Assembly: GCF_001447785.1 (NCBI RefSeq)
Contig: NW_015169777.1
Span: forward strand, 854,249-918,248
Origin: Gekko japonicus
Lineage: Eukaryota
DNA length: 64,000 nucleotides
Reading direction: 5' to 3'
Part shown: piece by piece, positions 52,892 through 64,000 of the stretch
Layout: each line of letters starts with the position of its first letter
Position numbering within the stretch: position 1 is the stretch's first letter
Notes under the pieces: model-generated
The model's input: only the letters and a program-made list of their open reading frames with translations
The model's database searches: none
What the model was told of the DNA's origin: nothing
Program-made: the position numbers and the translations under genes

Positions 52892-54570
52892 CTGAGTCGC
52901 CACCTTTTAATTGGGCAGTTTATGGGCCCTCTGAATATTAACTGTGAAACATGTAATATGTAAAGGGACTTACTGCGATCTCAATGTAATTATGAATATT
53001 TAGTCACACCTTTTTAATTTTAGTTATTAAAGAGGATCCTGGGAGAAAAGCCTAATGATACACTTTTAGAGAACAATCCTGCATGGGTTTGCCTGAGAAG
53101 GTCAGGAAGGGTACCGTTCTCCTGGCTTTCCACATGCTGCAAAACGGAATTATTCAAGAGTGCTTTTTCTACACAGGCAACAGGGTAGCACTGTACAAAA
53201 TGATTCACAAAGTTATTTGAATTATTAGGGGCTGTGGTCTATACTACTGTGTATAGTTTGCTGTAAATTGGATCCTACTATGTAATTTTTCATAATTTAA
53301 TGTGCCATGTTAACACTTATGCTTTACTTCAGTTGTGTTTTTTGGATTTCTGTTTGGTTCTACAACCCAAATCCTATTTAATTGTTTACTGACTGTCCCA
53401 TCCTGTTGATTGTATTGAGTCACTTTGTGTAATCCACCTTGAACCCCAGTGAGAAAGGCAGATTATAAATAATGTAAACAAAAAAAATAAGTCCCATTTT
53501 ATTCAATGGGGCTTATTCACAGGAAAGTGCTTTTTAGGATTACAGCCTTAGTGTTCTACATGGCAACTTCTGTTTTAAAAACAGCTGGACAAATACACAG
53601 TACCCTGCTCTTGCCTTCAAGTACATTTTTCTTTTCAAACTAATATTTTAACCTGAGGGCACGGCTACTTTAAGCTTGTTTTAAGGAAGCAGGCAATTCT
53701 TTCTTTGCAAACAAAAAAGAAAAATACAACATTATTGTACAGCTCCTGGTTTAATTCAATGGAAGCTGTGCAAGAACACTTTCCGGTGGCTTGTGCCCTG
53801 TGGCTAGGATTCATCCCCTCTTTGCCACGTTAATGAGGACCAAAAACTGCTGCCTGATGTAGCTACCTCACACAGCTTCTGAAAGGAGGACCTCATCTTG
53901 GTGTGGGGAAAATACGTAGTAGAATGTGCAAGGAGGACAGAGTTTGAACGATTGGCCTGGTAGGCCTACTGTAGCAGTAATCCATCTACAAAGGTGTTGA
54001 TGGGTAAAAGACCCACAAAGACACCTTGCCCTAAACCCAAAAATGAGGTGGGAGGCAAGTCTCGGTCCAAGGCAATGCCGTGTAGAATTTTATTGCAATA
54101 AAAGGAACAGTCCCCTGTAATCAAGCAACTGGACTGGTCAACTTCCCCTTTGTACTGTCCTTCTTTATAGGCATGTTCAGTAGCGTGTAGCAAATACATG
54201 GGTTAAAATTTGTTGCATTGCAGCATGTTCTACTACAGCTGCACAAGTTACAAGTTGCATAAGTAAGCTGCTGAACCTTTCCCTCTATCTTGTCTTCTCT
54301 CTCCATCCCCATATATGCTGTTACACCCATGTCTCTTCTTCTTTTCCTGTATGTCTAAGCCTAACAGTTTTCTCCTAGCTAGCTAACCACAAGCGTACTC
54401 TTCAAATCAAAATTCACCTTTTCTTTAAAGCCTTTAACACAAGCAGATCACTTTAGCAATCATAATACTTGAATTCCCCCAAAGAATAATTTCCCTGCTG
54501 AAATGTATGCTCTACGAAAGGTTAGGCTTTGTGAAGGGGATAAACTCTTTAACATTTTCCAAGAAATTAC

Positions 54571-54734
54571 CCTTATCTTTTCAATGCAGTCGTGGGTGTT
54601 ATGAGCTCTGATGCAGGAAACTCTGCCAAAGGAACTGATTGTGGCAGGAGGCAACACATTCAGAAGCACTTTGGAAAGCTCTGCACACTTCCTCTGCTCC
54701 AGGTCAGAAAGGGTGCACCATCGGAATTTCTTCC
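54571..54734 (-). CDS. Transferrin-like exon 2 (N-lobe start)
   Basis: GKKFRWCTLSDLEQRKC...VSCIRAHNTHDCIEKIR; ttgcag| and |gtaatt; 164 nt, phase 1->0. Confidence 0.93.
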
Positions 54735-55449
54735 CTGCAAGAACAGAGGACAGCACTTAGTGTAAGCTGGTGAAGAAACTTCAAGTAGCTGGTAGATGAG
54801 CAGAGAAGGGAAAAAACAGGACTTTCCAGATGATCAGCAAATGTGTCTCCCGAACACATGTAGCAAGCTACTGCAAATTCTCATTAAACATTGACTGTGT
54901 CTGAATCATAACTCCTTGAGAAATCAGTATCCCTCACTGGACACTCCTCTGGTGCCATCTGTGTTTGTCTTCAGATCAAAATTCACCTTTTCTGTAAAGC
55001 CTTTAACACAAGCCTTCTTGTCTTTGCTCTCAGCTGAAGTACTGGTCCAAGTACATGTAACAACCTTTGCTCCTATCCCGCCACTGGGACTCTTGATTCT
55101 TTCATTCCTTCCCTCTGTCTCTTGCTAATTTGGCATTGTCTCCCTCTATTTTTCTCCTGAATACTTGGAAATGTAGTTTATAAACTTTCTGGGGCAGGGA
55201 TGTGGCAAAGCACAACAAAGTAAAATGAGAGTTTCAATGCTGAGGAAGGGATAACCTCGAACTAGTTAATGTAGCATTGTTTTAAACATTAGAAAGCAGT
55301 CAGAAGGTTCATGGAGTGGTGGAGCATTGCTGAGGGGAGAGTGGATATGCTTGCTTATGTTCTCTTCTTAATAAATAGCACAATTAATAGGTTGCATAAT
55401 CTATTCAGCATTATGGGCCAGCTTTTCTCTCCCTCAGTACCCTCCTTAC

Positions 55450-55507
55450 CTGTAGATAGAAGAGAAACAGTGGTCAGAATAAGGATGGTGGCCGTCATTG
55501 CTGTCAT
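55450..55507 (-). CDS. Transferrin-like gene coding exon 1, signal peptide (whole exon probably 55596-55450)
   Basis: ATG...MTAMTATILILTTVSLLST G|gtaagg; hydrophobic; phase 1 as in transferrin exon 1; strong acceptor tcttgttttcttcccatag ends at 55597. Confidence 0.8.
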
Positions 55508-56189
55508 GTTTGCTGATGTGCAACGTAAAGCTGCCTCTTCTCTATGTCGAAACCGTCCCCTTGCCTCATATCAGGATTCCAGAACAATGAGTGAACCTAT
55601 GGGAAGAAAACAAGAGCCTAGGCACTGCCCCCTAATACATGAAGAACAGACAGAAAAAGCATGGTGAGAGTTTAGCTGCAAGAAATAACTGAAAGAAAAA
55701 GATGGGCGGGGTAAGGGGCCCCATTCCTGGTCACAGATGGAAAACATTATGAATGTTGTGTCACATACAGGCCTTGGCGGAATACTTGGACAGTCTGTTT
55801 ACAACAGGGACATAACTGAACAGGAGTCAACCCTTTTTAAATTCCTTTTCCACATGGGTTATCTGTTTAGGACAGATGTTTGTGGAGCTTCAAAACATCT
55901 GTGTTCTCTGTGAAACCTCACTAGATTGGATTCTATACCTTCCTTACTTGCAGAGCAATTTGCATAGACTCCTATTATTATCTGAATTTCATGTTAACCT
56001 AAAAAAAGATGGAATAGAGTTGACACAAGGCATCTGACTGCTTGAGGTGGAAAGTATATATCCCATCTCGTTTAAAAATAAACCATATAACTGATAGCTG
56101 TGGCCTCTTCGTTAACAACTGACTGATATCTGAGACAGAACACCTCTCCCAAGCAAGTGTGAGTCCTCCTTAGGGTTGATCCTACTATG

Positions 56190-57210
56190 ACATTGTCGAC
56201 AGGATTCCGGGTGCTATTAGGCCAACCACATGCCTCCTATACCCATGTCCTTCGTGGCTGGTGAAGGCCGGCAGTGAAGATATATGGGGCCCCATTGTAG
56301 ACAATTGTTACTGTCTCTGGATTCAGGGATCTACCCAGAGGAATTGAAAGAGGTTGTGGTTGTTCTGCTCTTGAAAAAGCGAACTCTGAATCCTACCAAT
56401 GCAGCCAATTACCACCCAGTCTCGAATCTTTTGTTTCTAGGTAAGGTAATTGAAAGAGTGGTTGCTGAGCAGCTCCAGAGTTTCCTGGATGAAACAACTG
56501 TGATGGATCCATTCCCGTCTGGTTTCTGCTCTGGCCATGGGACAGAGACAGCATTGGTCACCCTCACAGATGACCTTCATAGGCATCTGGATCGCGGTGG
56601 GTCGGCGCTGCTGATATTATTAGGTGAAGAGTTTGGGGGTGTTCCTTGATGCCTCCCTCTCCATGGAGACCCAGGTCTACCTTTTTCTATCTGAGACAGA
56701 TCAGGCAGTTAGCCCCATATCTCACTCCCCGAGACCTAGCTACAGTGACCCATGCAATGGTCACTTCCTGACTGGATTACTGTAACACTCTCTACGTGGG
56801 GCTGCCCTTGACTCTGCTCGGGAAGTTGCAGCTAGTGCAGAATGCGGCAGCATGGGTGTTGATGGCGACGCCTGTGTGGGCTTTATCCACCCGGTGCTGT
56901 GTGAACTGCACTGGCTGCCTATTGAATTCCAGACCCAAGGTGCTGTTGCTTACCTTTAAAGCCCTATATGGCCGGGGGCCAGCATACCTATGAGATTGCC
57001 TCTCCCCATATGAGCCCCAAAGGGCACTGAGGTCTACAAAGCAACATCTCTTGGTGGTCCCTGACCCCAGGGACGTCTGATTAGCCTCGACCGATTAGCC
57101 CCAACCTGGTGGAATGAGCTCCCCTATGAGATCAGGGCTCTGCATGACTTATTGCAGTTCTGCAGGGCCTGCAAGATGGAGCTCTTCCATTGGGCATTTG
57201 GTTGAGGCAG
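56190..57210 (+). mobile_element. L2 LINE fragments (RT region, internally deleted)
   Basis: LLKK..L.P...NYHPVSNL.FLGKVIERVVA.QL...GF...HGTETAL and LQLVQNAAA motifs. Confidence 0.88.
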
Positions 57211-57393
57211 TGGACATCCCCCTCCCAGCTTCTGGCCAATCACCCACCAGTGGCTTGAATCTTAGGCACTGGATTTGATCTAACATCTGATCTCTCCGCT
57301 TTTACATGGTATTTTATGATACTATTCTGTGCAAATTGTTATTTTAAAATTGTTTTAATTGTATTATTTTAATTGTTGTACACCACTCTCCTC

Positions 57394-57744
57394 GGAGCTG
57401 CGGTGGCTCAAGTGGTTAAGACGCTGAACTGCAGGCTGTGGAAGGTCGGTAGTTCAGCAGTTCAAGACCCGGGTGCCGCAAGACGGGGTGAGCTCCTGTC
57501 TCTAGTTCCAGCTCCTGCCAACCTAGCAGTTCGAAAGCAAGAAATTGCAAGTAGATAAATAGGTACCACTTCGGTGGGAAGGTAACAGCGTTCCGTGCAC
57601 CTTGGTGTTTAGTCATGCCGGCCACATGACCATGGAAATGTCTTCGGACAGCGCTGGCTCTTCGGCTTTGAAACGGAGATGAGCACCGCAACCCTAGAGT
57701 CGGATTCGACTGGCTTTCGAGCAAGGGAACCTTTACCTTTACCT
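57394..57744 (+). mobile_element. Sauria SINE
   Basis: A box TGGCTCAAGTGG, B box GTTCAAGAC, (ACCTTT)n tail, approximate TSD TACACCAC(T/C)CT; inserted in an L2 tail. Confidence 0.9.
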
Positions 57745-57805
57745 TACACCACCCTGAGCCTGTCTGGGGAGGGCGATATATAAATCAAATCAATCAATTA
57801 ATATA

Positions 57806-58920
57806 ATGGAGACCCAGATAGCCAATGTTGTCCGGCAGGCATTTTTCCAATTGTGTCAAGTCAGACAACTAGCCTCCTATCTGTTTCGCCCTGACCTTGT
57901 CACAGTAATCCATGCAATGGGCACCTCCAGGCTGAATTACTGTAATTCACTTTATGTAGGGCTACCCTTGAAACTGAGTTGGAAGCTCCAACTGGTACAA
58001 AATGCGGCAGCATGGGTCCTTATGGGGACCCAATGGAGGGCACATATACATCCAGTGCTGCATGAACTGCACTGGTTGCCAGTGGAGCACCGGATCAGAT
58101 TCAAGGTTTTGGTGCTTACCTTCAAAATTCTTTCCAGTCAGGGATGTATGTACCTTCGGGACCGCCTCTCCCAGTATGTCCCCCTAATTACGTTGCCAAG
58201 TGCATCTTCGCCGGGAGCGGGGGGGGGGGCTCCCGGCTGGTGTCTTGTGTGTGCGCGCGCCGTACGCACATCACTCGGAAGTGACGGGAGGACGCCAGGC
58301 ACGCTGGGGGCGGGGCCACGGCCATATAAGGGAAAACCATAGAGTTTTCCCTTGTATGGCCGTGGCCCCACCCCCAGCGTGCCCATGTCACTTCCTGGTG
58401 ACGTGCATGAGGGGGTGGGGTTCCCCCCGGGGCCCGATTCCGCGTCAGCGGAAATCAGACCTCCAAAGCGGGGGTTTACCCGCCCCCACTTGGCAGCCCT
58501 ACCACCGAAAGGCATTAAGATAAGTGGATAAGAACCTTCTGGTGGTCCCTGGCCCAAAAGAAAACTGGCTGGCCTTGGCCAGGGCCTTCTCCGCCCTGGC
58601 CCCAGCCTGGTGAAACTCTCTGCCGAGTGACATCTGTGCCCTGTCTGATCTATTAAAGTTTTGCAGGGCATGTAAGGCAGAGATGTTCCACCAGGCCTTT
58701 GGTTGAGTCCAGTAACAGTTCCTTACATCTGCCTGGCACCCCCCCCCCCATTACTGAATGCTAGCACTGCCATCTTGTTTTTAAAACATTTAAATGTTTT
58801 GAATGTTTTAAATATTGGGTTTTTATGGTTTTATTTTACACTGTATTGAACCAAATCATTATGAACTGCCCTGAGCCCTGTGCAAGCAGGGAAGGGCAGT
58901 CAAAAATCTAATTAAACAAA
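57806..58920 (+). mobile_element. Second L2 3' fragment, interrupted by a MITE at 58189-58501
   Basis: SRLNYCNSL..GLP...KLQLVQNAAA...LHWLPVEHRIRFKVL; inner element has TIRs GTTGCCAAGTG / CACTTGGCAGC. Confidence 0.88.
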
Positions 58921-60612
58921 CAAGACATTGGGTAGGGCTTACTCAGCATCCTGTGTTCAATCTGCCAAGTAATCAAAGGGGAAAACATATAACTTCAGTG
59001 AACAAAAAGCATACCTACAACATAGTTAAGCTTCTACCACAACAAATCTGTTAGTCTTTAAGATACCATAAGATTGTCATTTTGGCCACAGCAAACTAGC
59101 ACAGCTACCCCCCTGGAATTTAAAGTAAGTTTGTTTTATTTCAAACCCCATTGAGATGTGATTGCCTTTCCTTCTTCACACCTGCTTCCACACCTTAGAA
59201 GTCCTTGAGAAGCAAGTTTACCCAGATAGCTCTCTACTAATTAAGCAGATTGTGATCACCAACCAACAGTTACAAAACTTTATAATCAAAAAACAGGGTG
59301 GGTGAAAAGTATGCAAACGGAGAGTGATTTCAGCAAAGCGTACTTTATTCTATCCAGAACAAGACAACTTTGGCCGGCTCGCAGGTCGGCTTATATCCCC
59401 CGAGAAACCACCACCCAAAACACACCCCTACTTCCCTATAGGTTATTTACAGTGGCTGAGAGTCCCATAGGCTCTCGGCCGGGAACCTAGCCCCCTGATT
59501 GGAGTGGCCTAGGATCCGCATAGTCCATTGTTTCTTAGAGCAAAGCTCGATGTTTGTCTCTGGACTTGTCTGGACTGGATACATTACAGTGGGGAACTGG
59601 CAAATGGGACAATGTAACACCTCCATAACACAAAGTAGACTAGATGCTGAAATATCAAACAATTATATTCCAGCAAGCACCAAATCAACTGCTGAAGATG
59701 GCACAGAAAACTATACGTTACATTGCATTATCTGTCTTGAACTGATCTAATCAGCTGTTAGATGGGTAAAATCAGAACATGTCCTTGAGAATGGCTTCAC
59801 ATATTCTACCTAGTGCAAAGGGAGCAGGATATGCAAAGTTCCTCTGCATTTGTGTAATATTCAAATGAAAATCATCCAATGGGCAAGGAAGATGGCCTTA
59901 AGGGTGTGGTCTTGTACACTTATACCCACAAGCCATTTACTATTTAATGATACCCTAGAAGCTCTGTAATACAATAAATATGATTAAAGAGTATCAGAAG
60001 GATGGATTGGATCCTGTCCAATTCACCTCTTTCAGTGTACACTCATGGATGACATGAGAATTTGTAGTACATGTTATGACTGTGAGTACAGAATGAAGGT
60101 AGTAGATACTCTGTGTTAAGTATTCCACCCAAGAAGAGCATGATCTGTTACATACATACCAGGAAGACACATAAAGCATTTAAGAGTACAAGGGATCTCC
60201 CTCACCCCCAGGCATAGGCGTAATCTTCGTGGGGGCAGTGGGGCATCAGCCCCCGCCGAAATTTTCAGGAAGGTGCTCAGCCTCCCCCGGGAGCCACCCT
60301 TGCTCCTAGCAAAGCAATGCCTCTGGCCCAGCCCCAGGCCCCCCCCCCCGGGAAATTGGAAAGTCTACACCCTTGCGTACAGGAATAGATGGGATTATCT
60401 CACAATGGAAAGGATATTGATACAAACCTCCAATAAAGGCCCTTCCTCTGCCTCTCTTGATTATTATAATTTTTGGTACCCTGTTTTAAATTTTATTGTT
60501 CAAAACAAAGACCATTTTGATCAGAATTGTGTTATAGATGTATTACTATGTTAATTAATTATTACTTGATTATTTACTATGCTCTCACATGTTTATGACA
60601 GTTCATTGTCAC

Positions 60613-60813
60613 CAGTGCTCCCTCTGTGGAATCTTGTAACCAAAAATTCTACTGTGTGAGCTACTGGGATTAAAGTTGGGAGGGAGCGATTTGGCTACTG
60701 CATAAATTAGTTTGCTCTGGAGCCATCATTCCTGAGCTAAGGCAAAAATGTGTAAACTGGAGGCTAAAAAACTGTGAGCTAGCTCACACTACCTCAGCTC
60801 AGAGGGAACACTG
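60613..60813 (-). mobile_element. MITE family B, reverse orientation
   Basis: Same TIRs; 8-bp target duplication attgtcac/attgtcag (hAT signature). Confidence 0.85.
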
Positions 60814-61049
60814 ATTGTCAGTAGTTTGTCTTTGTATCTGATTATTAATTTTCAATAAAAACAAAACAAAAAACACACCCCAGTATGCTAGCATGATGCG
60901 GTCTTAATGATCACTCTTAATAAAACTCTGTTAGCGAAAAAGCCTTGGGTGGATCTTTTTGGGTGAATCTTTTCTCTGTCAGATTGAACTGGGAGAAAGC
61001 GGGTAGTTGTACCAGAGTTCTGAAAACTCCCCTAACAGAGCCTTTGCGC

Positions 61050-61870
61050 TATACAGATGACAGTCCCGCTTTCCCCTCTTCATGGCAAAGGCAACACTGG
61101 CGTTTCTCAGAGGAGCCATTTGCGGGGTTTAAACACCTCTTCTCCCCCTCCCCATCCCGTGCAAAACGCAGCCGAAGGCGGAGGCAGTTCTGAGAGGAGG
61201 TCGCTCAAGCTGCGCCCGCCTCAGTCCCGCCATGGGCCCGCCCGCTTTCGCTAAGAAAGCTCGGGTGGTAGGAGGAGGCGGCGTGGTGTGGAGCGAGCGA
61301 GGTATCGGCGACAGCTGACTGAGCGGGAGCAATAGCACAAAGATGGCGGCGGGGTTGTCCCTGAAGTTGCTACGTGGGGGGGTCGCGCTACGGACGAGCG
61401 GCAGCAGGTACCACAACTCCTCCTTCAGTGGGGGGGGGAGGAGGAGGAAGGGGGCTGGGCCTGGGCCTACTCCCGCCCGGCGGAGTGTGTGTGTGTGAGG
61501 GGGAGAAATGGGGCGGAGACGCTTGCGGCGCTGGATACAGCAGCGAGTTTTCGCCGACTTCTGCTAGCGGCGGGGAGGTCGCCTTTTTGCCTCAGGGACG
61601 TCTGCGTAGTTCAAGCCTTGCGTCGCCGTCCCGAAGTTCCGTCCATACTGTGTCAGCCGTTGTCCCACTAGCACGAGGGCTGAGCTCTAGCCTGAGTCTG
61701 ACCCCTATCCGTCCCCACAGCTTCGGCTCAGCCCTTGCCCGGTTGAGAGCTGTCGTAGTGGGAGGAACATCGCCACCTTCTGAGAGAGAAGCGTGGAGGA
61801 AATACCAGGGAAGGGGCTCACGCAGGCGAGACCCAGAGCGTGCATCTCGACCCCTGTCTGCAGTTGGGTG
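61050..61870 (+). promoter_or_regulatory. CpG island promoter of probable PISD
   Basis: High GC and CpG density; YY1-type AAGATGGCGGC overlapping the ATG. Confidence 0.8.
61343..61407 (+). CDS. PISD: Probable PISD (phosphatidylserine decarboxylase) exon 1, mitochondrial targeting peptide
   Basis: AAG ATG G Kozak context; MAAGLSLKLLRGGVALRTSGS then AG|gtacca (65 nt); basic, no acidic residues. PISD follows PRR14L on the same strand in human. Identity rests mainly on synteny. Confidence 0.6.
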
Positions 61871-62877
61871 ACTTTAACTTCCATTCCCCTCAGTGCGTTG
61901 CCAGTCTTTACAGTCTGAAGTACGCTTACATGGGAATCCAAATGAACTCGGAGGTTCTTTACTTATGAGCTAACAAGCATAGGGTTTTTAGAATGGAGTC
62001 TAGTCGCACCTTGGAGACCAACAAGAGTTTCAGGGTATAAGCTTTACAGAATCAAAAGCTGTCTTAATGACTCAGGTCTCAATTTCTACTGTATCTGTGA
62101 CAAAGGGAGCTTTGGCTCCCGAAAGCTTACACCCTGGTCTAAGGTGCTACTGAACTCACTGCAGACCAGCATGGCTACCCTCTGAAAATAACTTCAACTA
62201 TAGGGTTGCTACTATTTCTTTGGGTCGCCCTGTTAGTCTTTTGCGGCAAAACAGAACAGAGAATATAATGAGATGAGCTCTGACTTGTATAAACTTTATG
62301 CTGGAATAAATTTTGTTAATTCTGCCATCTATTTAATGCATTTTTATCCAGGCCTTTCTTGGAATAACCCTGTGAGGTAGTATAAATTAGAGTCCAGTGG
62401 CACCTTAGTAAAGGTAAGGAAGGTGTCATAAGATTTATTTCTGCAACAGACTAACACAGCTGTCTGTCTGTCATTACTGCCTGTGAGGTAGGTAAGGATT
62501 TTAGGTTGAGTGTGTATGACTGGTCCATGATCACCAGGTAAGCTTCAGGGCAGAATGGGTATTTGAACCCAGGGCTCCTAGATGTTAGTCCAACACTGTA
62601 ACACCACACTAGCGCTTGCTGACCAAGTCCAGAAACTGTGATTATTAGAAATTCAAGTGGAAATTTGAGTGACAGAGTCAGAAATCCAGAATTTGCTGTT
62701 CGTAAACAATTTTTTATCACAGGGAAAGGGTATATTTAAGGTGCATGTAATGAAAAATTCCATTCCAAATATTTCCCTGCATCACTGAATGACTGCAGTG
62801 GTGAGTGGGGTTGGGAGTAAGGGCCCCAAACCATGAAAGTGTGACCTTTAAAATATACACAGAGACATTCTTTAGCC

Positions 62878-63095
62878 GATGTGGTATAGTGATGGAGTGG
62901 CAGACTAAGACCCTGGAAGACCTGGGTTTGAATTGCCACTTCTAACATGGAAGCTTGCTGGTAACCCTGGGCCCCTCAAAAACTCTCAGACTGACTTACC
63001 TCACAGGGCTGTTGTGAGAAAATAGAGAAAAGGAGAATGATGTTCTAAACCTCTTTGAATCCCAACTGGGAGGAAAGGAAGAGGGATATAAATAC
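62878..63095 (+). mobile_element. tRNA-derived SINE
   Basis: TGGTATAGTG A box, GGTTTGAATT B box, CCTCACAGGGCTGTTGTGAG core. Confidence 0.7.
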
Positions 63096-64000
63096 ATTAA
63101 TGCAAATGCATTCTCTTTTGGTTTAATTCTATTCTAGCAATTTATAAATATACTCCATCTTTGTATAAATACTATGTGTCTAAATTTCCTTTTATCATTT
63201 AACTACTCCTTAATTTTTGTTTCTACACAGCTTCTCCTAAATATATGAACTAAACTAATTGTTTTGACCTTCAGAGTTTTGTATTTTCAGGACCACATTT
63301 TATAATTACTTGCTACAACAAACCCTCATCCTAAACTCTTTGCATTTTTCATAATTTGATTAAAGTGATGATGAAGGTATGCACTATAACACCTTCCAAC
63401 TACAAATTGTATTATATACTATAAATGTAGGAATAACCCTGGTTGTCATCACCGTAACAAAAAGCTAACCTCTAACTCTAGCCTATTTCTTATAAGCCCC
63501 TAATTTCTCATAACTCCATTATTGCTATAAAATGCTTCATTAACTGAATATCGGAGGCAGTATAGGAAGTATCTGGTTCATACACCAACACTGAATTGCA
63601 TAAAGTTAAGTTTATATATAAATAAGCAACTACAAGAACTTCATGCATTTGCTTTTGTGTCATACAACATAATATTCTGATGGAAAATGATATGCTTTGT
63701 GATTCTGAGATTTGCTGAGAGGTTTCAATAAAATTATTGATGATAATGTTAGGTGCCACAGTAATAATTCTAGGTACCATAGTAACTTGGCGCCTAGGAT
63801 TTGACAAGTATAAGATCATACTGTTTCAGTCATGGCAAAAAAGTACAGATAATATCCAAATGCAAGAAATTGCTGGGGTGGATCCAGTGGTGCATTTTTC
63901 TTGGAGCAAAGATTTCTGCCCACAGAATGCAACTTCTGCAGTTCCCTCTTCCTGTGTTGGGGTATCTGATGAAGGGCGCTTTGACTCTCAAAAGTTCACA

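Noticed and set aside
27802-55507. Calling the gene TF/ovotransferrin, MELTF or saxiphilin
   Set aside because: Iron ligands are lost, there is no GPI tail or thyroglobulin domain, and the synteny differs, so no symbol was assigned.
63230-63820. AT-rich segment with a 103-aa ORF as a possible endogenous viral or mitochondrial insert
   Set aside because: No recognisable motif in the three - strand frames I translated; a tBLASTx search would be needed.

Overview
Vertebrate genomic DNA from a squamate reptile (a Sauria SINE is present; the repeat content suggests a gecko, which is inference). It holds three genes. (1) PRR14L on the + strand: CpG promoter and non-coding exon 1 near 0.4 kb, 8 coding exons at 2506-23962 including one 5.3-kb exon and a C-terminal Tantalus-like domain, and a 3' UTR to about 26.96 kb. 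(2) A convergent, apparently intact, secreted two-lobed transferrin-superfamily gene on the - strand (16 coding exons, 55507-27802, about 715 aa). Most iron- and carbonate-binding residues are substituted in both lobes; it has no GPI tail and no thyroglobulin insert, and one exon is tandemly duplicated with a decayed second copy. (3) A CpG island and first coding exon of a probable PISD at 61343 (+). In human PRR14L and PISD are neighbours with no transferrin gene between them, so the middle gene is the main point of interest. Introns are rich in hAT- and Harbinger-type MITEs, CR1/L2 LINE fragments, Penelope relics with hammerhead-like motifs, a DIRS relic, a solo LTR and several local duplications and palindromes. 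Exon boundaries were read by eye from GT/AG sites and phase continuity. Homology calls rest on recalled family motifs, not database searches.
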